Shown in pieces: positions 56,874 to 64,000 of a stretch of 64,000 nucleotides of DNA. Numbering within the stretch: the first letter of the stretch is position 1; each line of letters begins with the position of its first letter. Below the pieces are notes generated by a model. It saw only the letters and a program-made list of their open reading frames with translations, did not search any database and was not told where the DNA came from. The stretch lies in sequence record DRR723986_1873; one strand, 5' to 3'. The position numbers and the translations under genes are program-made.

Positions 56874-57817
56874 GCAGATCTCCAGTCAAGAACCATCTTC
56901 AGGCACTCCGGGTCGCCAAATGCCGTGCGGTAAGCGGGCGCGGCGGCGGCAGCCGGGCTGCGGTGAGTGATCAGGCCGTCCAGCGACAGCTGGCCGGCGG
57001 CGACGAGGCCGGCGGCCTGCACCATATCGGGGGGCTGCCATTCGGCGGCGATACGCAGCTCAATCTCGCGCATGAAAGCGGGAGCAAACTGGAAAGCGAT
57101 GGGCTGGTGGTAAAAACCGGCCAGCAGGATACAACCGCCGGGCGCGATGTGGCCGACCAGCGCATCAAGCAGGCCCGCATCGCCGCTGACGTCACAGATA
57201 ACGCGGTAGTCGCGGCGCTGATCTGTGGCCGGATCTATCACCGGGTATTGGGTGTTGGTTTCCCGACGCGCGGCATTGGTTTCCCAGACCACCGGCGGTT
57301 CGCCACCGAGGGCGATCACCACCCGCGCCAGCAGGCGTCCCAGCACGCCGTGGCCAACGATCAGCTCGGGCAGGCGGGCGTCACCCAGGCGGGCGGCCGC
57401 ATGGCAGGCTGTGGCGGCGAGGGCCAGTAATACCGCTTCCTCACCAAGGGTCTCATCAAGGGGAACCAGCCGTTCGGCGGGGACAACGAGTTGATCGGCG
57501 GCACCGCCAAACAGGCCGCGCACATCAGTGAAGCCGCGGGAGCCGGGGACAAACACCCGGGTGCCGGCGAGCAGGCCGCTGCGATCATCACTGGTCCTGA
57601 TCCGGCCAACACTTTCGTAACCGGGTACCAGGGGGTATTCGAGTCCAGGGAAGTGGGGCATCCGGCCATCCCAAAGCAGGCGCTCGGTACCGGTACTGAT
57701 CCCGGTCCACTCCACATCGACCACGCAATCACCGGGCTCAGGCACGGGCAATCCAACGCTGCGCAGGGCCATGCGTCCGGGCTGCTCGAAAACGACTGCG
57801 GTCGACCTGTTTTCCAT
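56870..57817 (-). CDS. bchC: 3-hydroxyethyl bacteriochlorophyllide a dehydrogenase
   Basis: GISTGTE, YPLVPGYE, LLALAATA and CLKMVLDWR motifs. Confidence 0.95.
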   Translation of the reverse strand: MENRSTAVVFEQPGRMALRSVGLPVPEPGDCVVDVEWTGISTGTERLLWDGRMPHFPGLEYPLVPGYESVGRIRTSDDRSGLLAGTRVFVPGSRGFTDVRGLFGGAADQLVVPAERLVPLDETLGEEAVLLALAATACHAAARLGDARLPELIVGHGVLGRLLARVVIALGGEPPVVWETNAARRETNTQYPVIDPATDQRRDYRVICDVSGDAGLLDALVGHIAPGGCILLAGFYHQPIAFQFAPAFMREIELRIAAEWQPPDMVQAAGLVAAGQLSLDGLITHRSPAAAAAPAYRTAFGDPECLKMVLDWRSA

Positions 57818-57897
57818 AGCTCTCTTCTTCTTCGCCCCAATACCGGCCGGTAGCTCGCACCGGTACAGGGGATGACGGCGCCTGGGGCACCGGTTTC

Positions 57898-57941
57898 TGT
57901 CAGTTTATTATTACAACAATCAATGTCAAGTTGATTTTACA
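57898..57941. promoter_or_regulatory. Paired PpsR operators upstream of bchC
   Basis: Perfect TGTCAGTTTATTATTACA and TGTCAAGTTGATTTTACA, 8 nt apart. Confidence 0.93.
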
Positions 57942-57944
57942 CCG

Positions 57945-59105
57945 CTAGCGCTCCGCGACGATGACACGCACCAGCAGAGGCATGTGGGTAGCAATCTCAC
58001 GGCAGCGACTGAAACCCGCCTCCCGCGCCATGGCCGACAGTTCCTGCACCGTTCGGGGGCGGCCACTGCCCATGGCCCACAGGTACATCCCGAAATAGCC
58101 GTCACCCACCGGTTCCGCGCCCGGGGTGGCCGCCATCGGTTCGGCAATCAGCAAGCGGCCCCCGGCGGGCAGGGCCTGGTGCACCGAGCGCAACAGCGCC
58201 AGGGCAGGTTCGTCATCGTGATCGTGCAGCACCCGCACCAGGGTGATGAGGTCGACATCGGCGGGCAGCGCATCGGCGTGCATATTGCCGCCCACCGCCC
58301 TCGCCCGGACCGCAAGCCCGCCCTGCTCGAAACGCGCCGACGCCAGCCGGGCCACCGGCGGCAGGTCGAACAAAGTGGCCTCCAGTTGCGGCCAGCGGTT
58401 CAGGGCGCTGACCAGGAAAGCGCCGCTGCCACCTGCCACGTCCAGCACCCGCCGGTGCCGGCGCAGGGAATAGGCATCGAGAATATGGTCCGCGACCAGC
58501 CCCTGGGAGGTTGCCATCAACTCGCTATAGGCGGAGACCGGGCCCTCTTCCTGGCCCTCGTCACCGGCCAGCGCATAGGGCCAGAATTCCGACAGCCGGG
58601 TTGGACCCCGACCCTGCAGGAGGGCCGCCGGGTCAGCGAGGTCGGCGTACAGGCGCTGGTGATGCGCCACCATGGCAGCGATACCGGGATTACCGAGCAT
58701 CGCCGCGCCAAGGTCACCCAGACCGTAGCTATCGGCGCCGCGTCGCTGCAACAGACGCAGCGAGGCAGCCGCCGCCAGCAGGCGCTCAGCTCCTGCTTCC
58801 GGCAGCCCGACCCGGGCGGCGATGTCAGCACGCGGCAGGGCACCCCCCTGCAGCAGGCGGAACAGATCCAGCTGTACACAGGCCAGCAAGACCTGGGAGT
58901 AAATGAATCCGGCGGTAAGTTGGTACAGGGCCAGCGCCCGACGGCGGGCCAGCGGACGGGTAAGCGGGAACCGGGCGGCCCAGCGCTGGAAGCGCGGGCT
59001 GGCGAGCAGGCCGTCGCGCCAGCGCAGCAGGCGCTCGTTAATACTCACTGCCTGGTCTTTCATAGCTGATGCTGCAGGCGCCGCTGCGCCGGGCGATGTG
59101 CTCAC
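57945..59105 (-). CDS. crtF: Carotenoid O-methyltransferase
   Basis: FQRWAARFPLTR, LDVAGGSG, RVLHDH and YLWAMGSGRPR motifs; alternative ATG at 59063. Confidence 0.94.
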   Translation of the reverse strand: MSTSPGAAAPAASAMKDQAVSINERLLRWRDGLLASPRFQRWAARFPLTRPLARRRALALYQLTAGFIYSQVLLACVQLDLFRLLQGGALPRADIAARVGLPEAGAERLLAAAASLRLLQRRGADSYGLGDLGAAMLGNPGIAAMVAHHQRLYADLADPAALLQGRGPTRLSEFWPYALAGDEGQEEGPVSAYSELMATSQGLVADHILDAYSLRRHRRVLDVAGGSGAFLVSALNRWPQLEATLFDLPPVARLASARFEQGGLAVRARAVGGNMHADALPADVDLITLVRVLHDHDDEPALALLRSVHQALPAGGRLLIAEPMAATPGAEPVGDGYFGMYLWAMGSGRPRTVQELSAMAREAGFSRCREIATHMPLLVRVIVAER

Positions 59106-59107
59106 GA

Positions 59108-59986
59108 TCAGGCGGCAACGCGACCCAGGTTCTTGGGCATAAAACGCCGGGACTGGAGTCGAACCAGTGCCTGCAGTTGCTCGCGGCCGGCGCAGGCAGG
59201 AATGGAGTCAAGGCCATCCTCAAGCAAGTGGCGCAAGCGTTCTACGGCACCCTCAAGACCCAGTTCGCGCACGGCACTCGGACGGTTCAGCGCCACATCC
59301 AGGCCGGTAGGCTTGCCCAGGATTTCGGCGTCGGCGGTGGCATCCTGGATATCGTCGGCTACCTGGTACGCCTCGCCAATACTGGCCCCGAGCGCCTCCC
59401 ATGGGCGCGGATCGACGCCGCTGGCGGCGGCCCCGGCACAGGTTGCAGCGATAAACAGGGCACCGGTCTTGGAGCGGTGATACAGCGAAACATCCACCCG
59501 GGGTTCGCACTCCCAGGCCTGGCCAGCGGCGATACCAAAGGGGGCTCCCACACCGCGGGCGACCAGTGACAGCAATAGTGGCAGGCGGTCTGGTGAACTG
59601 GCGGTGGCGGCGCTGCGCGCCAGGGCCTGGAAGGCGGTGACGATGAGCGCATCCCCGGTCAACACCGCGATGCGCTCACCGAAGGCGGAGTGCACTGAGG
59701 GCTTGCCCCGGCGCTGGGTGGCATCGTCGAAACAGGGCAGGTCGTCGTGGACCAGGGACGCGCAGTGCAGAAGCTCGATGGCCGATGCCGCGCCCGCCGC
59801 CAGCGCCGGATCGGAGCCGCCATTGGCCGCCGCCACGGCGAGACACAGTTGGGGCCGCACCCGGGCGCCCCCGGGGAAGACCGCATAGCGCAGGGCGCTG
59901 GCCAGTTGTGGTGGACAGGCGTCATCCGCTGCCCGCGCAAGCGCCTGTTCCAGTTCCTGCTCGCAATCCAGTCGGTCGAGGTTCAT
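59108..59986 (-). CDS. crtE: Geranylgeranyl pyrophosphate synthase
   Basis: HCASLVHDDLPCFD and YQVADD motifs. Confidence 0.94.
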   Translation of the reverse strand: MNLDRLDCEQELEQALARAADDACPPQLASALRYAVFPGGARVRPQLCLAVAAANGGSDPALAAGAASAIELLHCASLVHDDLPCFDDATQRRGKPSVHSAFGERIAVLTGDALIVTAFQALARSAATASSPDRLPLLLSLVARGVGAPFGIAAGQAWECEPRVDVSLYHRSKTGALFIAATCAGAAASGVDPRPWEALGASIGEAYQVADDIQDATADAEILGKPTGLDVALNRPSAVRELGLEGAVERLRHLLEDGLDSIPACAGREQLQALVRLQSRRFMPKNLGRVAA

Positions 59987-60003
59987 GGCGGCCACCCTGC
60001 TAG

Positions 60004-60047
60004 TGTTAGTTTTTCTTTACAGGTATGATTGTAATTCATAATTGACA
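60004..60047. promoter_or_regulatory. Paired PpsR operators between divergent crtE and crtC
   Basis: Perfect TGTTAGTTTTTCTTTACA and TGTAATTCATAATTGACA, 8 nt apart. Confidence 0.92.
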
Positions 60048-60055
60048 GTTCGCCA

Positions 60056-61135
60056 ATGCCGGAAAATCCGCCAGCAAGCGGCGGACAGGCCGCCAGTCAG
60101 GGGACGCCCTCGAACATGCCAGGAACTGCCGCACCCGGAGCCACCGCAGCAAGCATCGAAGCGCCCCCCACAGGGGCGGCGACAGCCCCGCTGGCTGGGC
60201 AGCAGGCGCCCGGCTTTGATCACCTGGTCCCGGATGACGGCTACCGCTGGTGGTATTTCGACGCCTTCAGTCCCGACGGCCGCTGCGGCCTGACCCTGAT
60301 CGCCTTCATAGGCAGCGTGTTTTCGCCCTACTACGCCGCCGCCCGCCGCCGCGGGCCGGCGCCCGCTGACAACTTCTGCAGTGTCAATGCGATCTTCTAC
60401 GGACCGGACCGCAAGCGCTGGGCAATGACTGAACGCGGCAGCACGGCGCTGAGCCGCAGTGCCGACGCCCTGCGGATCGGTCCGAGTGCGATTAACTGGG
60501 ATGGGCGGCAGCTGGTAATCGACATCGCCGAATTTACGGTGCCGATCCCCGGCCGGCTGCGGGGCCAGGTGCGCATTGAGGTTCCGGCATTCACCGATGA
60601 ATGCTATGCGCTGGACAGCGAGGGACTACACCGCTGGTGGCCCGCCTGCCCTACCACCCGGGTCGAGGTCGACCTGTCGGCACCGGCACTCAACTGGGAA
60701 GGCCCGGGCTATTTCGACAGCAATGCGGGGAGCGTGCCGCTGGAGTCGAGTTTTGCCGGCTGGCACTGGTGCCGGGCCGTCACCTCCGACGGTGCGTGCG
60801 AGGTGATCTACGACACCGATCCGCTGCGGGGCGACAAGCGCACCCTGGCCCTGCGTTTTGAACCCGGCGGCGGTGTCAGTCACTTCCCGGTGCCGCCGGA
60901 GCACCTGCTGGCATCTACCCCGGTATGGCGGATTGCCAGGCCTACGCGCTCCGCCGCTGAGCCTGCGGTGATCAAAACCTTCGAGGATACGCCGTTCTAT
61001 GCCCGCTCAATGACCCAGGTCCAATTGCAGGGCGAGCCGCTGGTCGCTATGCATGAGAGCCTGGATCTTGGTCGCTTCCGGCGCCGCTGGGTGCAGGCCT
61101 TGCTGCCTTTCAGGATGCCGCGTCGGGCCCGCTGA
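60056..61135 (+). CDS. crtC: Carotenoid 1,2-hydratase
   Basis: GYRWWYFD, FIGSVFSPYY, WAMTER, EDTPFYARS and HESLDL motifs; start uncertain (60056 or 60116). Confidence 0.93.
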   Translation: MPENPPASGGQAASQGTPSNMPGTAAPGATAASIEAPPTGAATAPLAGQQAPGFDHLVPDDGYRWWYFDAFSPDGRCGLTLIAFIGSVFSPYYAAARRRGPAPADNFCSVNAIFYGPDRKRWAMTERGSTALSRSADALRIGPSAINWDGRQLVIDIAEFTVPIPGRLRGQVRIEVPAFTDECYALDSEGLHRWWPACPTTRVEVDLSAPALNWEGPGYFDSNAGSVPLESSFAGWHWCRAVTSDGACEVIYDTDPLRGDKRTLALRFEPGGGVSHFPVPPEHLLASTPVWRIARPTRSAAEPAVIKTFEDTPFYARSMTQVQLQGEPLVAMHESLDLGRFRRRWVQALLPFRMPRRAR

Positions 61136-61138
61136 CGC

Positions 61139-62218
61139 TCACTGGCTGGCGCAACCGTCGCGACCGGCCCGCTCACGCTCGTCGAGGGCCTCAAACAGGT
61201 CCAGCATCCAGCTCAGCCGCTGCTTGAAACGCGACCAGGGGTTGCCCGCCAGGGCCAGCGCCGGATTGCCGGTCAGCAGCGGATCAACCGCGCTCACCAG
61301 GAAGCTGGCCTCGGGCATGACCGGATCGCGCAGCGCGGCGGTCGGCAGGCGCGCCGTACCGGCGACCCGCAGCAGCAGAACCAGTTTGCGGCCAGGGGAG
61401 ACCACCGAGCGCGAGTTCACCGCATCGTGATCCAGCCGCGACAGGCGCGACCCGATTTCCGCGTAGAGCAGGCGTGCGGCATAGATACCACCGCGGCAGC
61501 CGCCGGGGAGTTCGGCAATACCACTGTCGGCGCGCCGATAAAGGATGTCAGCCTCCGCCAGCAGGCGCTGGATGACCCCGGCCAGTGCCGGACTGTGAGT
61601 GGGCCTGGCGAGAAATGCCTCCGGATCTATACCCGCCGCCAGCAGCCAGTCGCGCGGCAGGTAGAGGCGACCCGCGCGGGCGTCCTCCCCTACGTCGCGA
61701 GCGATATTGGTCAACTGCATCGCGGCGCCCAGGTCAGCGGCTCGCGCCAACGCATCTGGCGCGCGCACCCCCATCAGGACCGCCATCATGACCCCGACAG
61801 AGCCAGCCACACGGGCCGCGTAATCGAGCACTTCTGACAGCGAATCGTAACGTCGGCCGGCCGCATCCCAGGCAAAGCCCTGCAACAGCGCGTCCAGCAA
61901 CTCCCGGGGCAGCGCGTGACGGGCCACCGTCCTGGCCAGCGCGCGGTCGGTTGCCGATGGGCCGGGTCGCCCGGCGTATACGCCGGTCAGGCGCGCTTCC
62001 AGGGCGGCCAACGCCGCGGCGGGATCCGCACCTTCGTCCACCGCATCGTCCGCCTCGCGACAGAAGGCATACAGGGCGCAGGCCGACTCCCTGATCTGCG
62101 CCGGCAACAGGTGCGACGCCGCGTAGAACGAGCGGGAGCCGCCGCACAGCAGGGCGCGGCAGGCCGCGAGATCGGTCCGCGGAGTGGGCAGGCCGGGACT
62201 AGCCGACGAGACTGGCAT
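61139..62218 (-). CDS. crtB: Phytoene synthase
   Basis: GSRSFYAAS, LYAFCREADDAVD and MQLTNIARDVGED motifs; ATG at 62218. Confidence 0.95.
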   Translation of the reverse strand: MPVSSASPGLPTPRTDLAACRALLCGGSRSFYAASHLLPAQIRESACALYAFCREADDAVDEGADPAAALAALEARLTGVYAGRPGPSATDRALARTVARHALPRELLDALLQGFAWDAAGRRYDSLSEVLDYAARVAGSVGVMMAVLMGVRAPDALARAADLGAAMQLTNIARDVGEDARAGRLYLPRDWLLAAGIDPEAFLARPTHSPALAGVIQRLLAEADILYRRADSGIAELPGGCRGGIYAARLLYAEIGSRLSRLDHDAVNSRSVVSPGRKLVLLLRVAGTARLPTAALRDPVMPEASFLVSAVDPLLTGNPALALAGNPWSRFKQRLSWMLDLFEALDERERAGRDGCASQ

Positions 62219-63728
62219 GGGGCACGACCTCGTCCAATACCTTGGCAGATGAGAGAACGCCGGGAATTCCTGCTCCCGGGTGAGTGCCGGCGCCGACGAT
62301 ATACAGCCCCTCCACATCCTCACTGCGGTTATGGGGCCGGAACCAGGCGCTTTGCTCAATGCGCGGTTCGAAGCTGAACCCGGCTCCGCGGAAGGAACAG
62401 AGACGATCCTGGAAATCCTGCGGGGTCAGCAGGCGGGAAGTGGCGATCCGTTCACCCAGGCCGGGCAGCACGGTTTCTTCCAGGCGTTGCTGGATGCGCA
62501 AGCGGAACTGCTCCGCATAGGCCGGCCAATCGATATCGGCTTCCAGGTGTGGCACCGGCACCAGGGCGTAGAAGGCATCGCAACCCTCCGGCGCCATGGC
62601 CGGATCAGTGGCCGTGGGGCGGTGCAGGTAGAGACTGAAATCCTCGGCCAGTATCTTGTTGCTGAAGATGTCATCCAGCAGGCCGCGGTAGCGCGGCCCG
62701 AGCAGCACCGAGTGATGGGGTACATCCTCGTAGCGGCAGCTGGTACCGAAATACCAGACGAACAGCCCGTTGGAATACTTGGCCCGCTCGATGCGCTTGT
62801 CGGTCCAGCGCTTACGCGCGCTGGCCGGCACCAGGTAACGATAGGTCCAGGCTGCGTCGGCGTTGGACACCACGACATCCGCCGCCAGGGTATCACCGCT
62901 GGCCAGCCGCACCCCCTTCGCCGCCCCGTTCTCTACCAGGATTTCGCGCACCTCGCTGTTAAGACGCAGCTGACTGCCCTGGGACTCAAGCAGACCGACC
63001 ATGCCATCGACAATAGAGCCCGTGCCGCCCATGGCGGAATACACGCCCCAGGCCTGCTCAAGATAGGAAATCAAGGAGTAAATCGAGGTAACCGAAAACG
63101 GGTTACCGCCGATGAGCAGGGGATGAAAACTCATCACCATGCGCAGGCGCGGGTCGGATATGTAACGCGCAACCATCTTGTAGACGCTGCGATCGCTGCG
63201 CAGCCGCGCCAGTTGCGGCACGAACTTCAGCAGGTCGAAAAAGGTATCGAAAGGCCGGTGTCCAAGCCGCTCAAAGCCAACCTGGTAGCGCTGCTCACTG
63301 GCCTTGAGGTAGCGCAGGTAACCATCAACATCGGCGGGACAGAAGCGCGCGATCTGAGCCAGAACCTGCTCGCGATCGCCGTTGTAATCAAAAATCTCGC
63401 CGTCGTCGAAGCGAATCCGGAAAAACGGATCCATGGGCCGCAGGTCCACATCGTCCGCCAGTTCACGACCACACATCTGCCACAGCTCCTCGAGCAGAAA
63501 GGGCGCGGTGATGATGGTTGGGCCCGCATCGAAGGTGAACCCATCCTGGCGGTAGACATAGGCGCGCCCACCCGGGGCGTCGAGTTTTTCCAGCACCGTG
63601 ACCCGGTAGCCGCGGGCGCCCAGGCGAATCGCCGCCGCCAGGCCGCCGAAGCCACTGCCGATAACAATGGCGTGCGGAGCCGCCGACTGGGTTCCGGACA
63701 AACCGGCAACGGGCAAGATACTGTTCAC
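62199..63728 (-). CDS. crtI: Phytoene desaturase
   Basis: GSGFGGLAAA, FDAGPTIIT, SLYLHRP, QSAWFRPHN and GAGTHPGAG motifs. Confidence 0.95.
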   Translation of the reverse strand: MNSILPVAGLSGTQSAAPHAIVIGSGFGGLAAAIRLGARGYRVTVLEKLDAPGGRAYVYRQDGFTFDAGPTIITAPFLLEELWQMCGRELADDVDLRPMDPFFRIRFDDGEIFDYNGDREQVLAQIARFCPADVDGYLRYLKASEQRYQVGFERLGHRPFDTFFDLLKFVPQLARLRSDRSVYKMVARYISDPRLRMVMSFHPLLIGGNPFSVTSIYSLISYLEQAWGVYSAMGGTGSIVDGMVGLLESQGSQLRLNSEVREILVENGAAKGVRLASGDTLAADVVVSNADAAWTYRYLVPASARKRWTDKRIERAKYSNGLFVWYFGTSCRYEDVPHHSVLLGPRYRGLLDDIFSNKILAEDFSLYLHRPTATDPAMAPEGCDAFYALVPVPHLEADIDWPAYAEQFRLRIQQRLEETVLPGLGERIATSRLLTPQDFQDRLCSFRGAGFSFEPRIEQSAWFRPHNRSEDVEGLYIVGAGTHPGAGIPGVLSSAKVLDEVVPHASLVG

Positions 63729-63764
63729 ATTAATTGACGCTAACTATGTCAAGATTGATTGACA
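63722..63764. promoter_or_regulatory. Paired PpsR operators upstream of and overlapping the crtI start
   Basis: TGTTCACATTAATTGACG and perfect TGTCAAGATTGATTGACA, 7 nt apart; extended -10-like TGCTATATT adjacent on the minus strand. Confidence 0.87.
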
Positions 63765-63849
63765 ATATAGCAGCACCGGGCCCGCTTGCCCAGCACCGAC
63801 ACGCATTGGTGAATCACCGTGCCGGACCGCCGCGAACCGGCGGCAGCAG

Positions 63850-64000
63850 TCAGGTAGAGCCGACGGGCAGAACGCCTTGCTTTGCGGCGATATCGCGTAT
63901 CAGCCCGGCGAACAGCGCCGGATTTTCCTCGTGGCCAAGATGGCCCAGGTCCGGCAGTTCCTGCAGTTGGGCACCGGGAACCCGCCGGGCCAGACGGCGC
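63850..64000 (-). CDS. bchO: C-terminus of an alpha/beta hydrolase, probably BchO (partial)
   Basis: Manual translation ...VPGAQLQELPDLGHLGHEENPALFAGLIRDIAAKQGVLPVGST*; GHLxHEE motif and PGC context. Confidence 0.7.
   Translation of the reverse strand, partial: RRLARRVPGAQLQELPDLGHLGHEENPALFAGLIRDIAAKQGVLPVGST

Noticed and set aside
60042-60293. 83-aa ORF whose end (TATAGGISTPS) resembles CrtD C-termini
   Set aside because: The resemblance is forced by the conserved crtC GYxWWY codons read off-frame; not enough to call a crtD pseudogene

Overview
High-GC gammaproteobacterial window, most likely Halieaceae (OM60/NOR5 clade, inferred from the pufLMCBA order). Bases 1-2.1 kb hold carAB with an attenuator-like leader. 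Bases 2.2-26.5 kb hold a lipid/acyl-CoA catabolic and transport region: SDRs, MFS, thioesterase, Fe-ADH, quinone oxidoreductase, thiolase, MaoC, three acyl-CoA dehydrogenases, CoA ligase, TonB-dependent receptor, sulfotransferase, DUF1214-like protein, RND pump and an EthA-like monooxygenase. Bases 26.5-64 kb hold most of a photosynthesis gene cluster (PGC) of an aerobic anoxygenic phototroph: BLUF, acsF, bchP-pucC-like-bchG-ppsR, bchFNBHLM-lhaA-puhABCE, hemN-like, idi, pufA-B-C-M-L-Q, bchZYXC, crtFE, crtC, crtBI and a partial bchO. Six promoter regions carry paired PpsR-type TGT-N12-ACA boxes and one carries a single box. Most interesting: a divergent HemN-like radical-SAM protein lacking substrate motifs; a stand-alone BLUF gene sharing PpsR operators with a relocated acsF while aerR/ppaA is absent beside ppsR; no crtD at its usual site; heavily structured RNA around a downstream, codon-atypical pufBA; and a monooxygenase / RND-DUF1214-sulfotransferase module. 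No rRNA, tRNA, CRISPR or mobile element was seen. All calls come from motif recognition by eye; no database searches were run.
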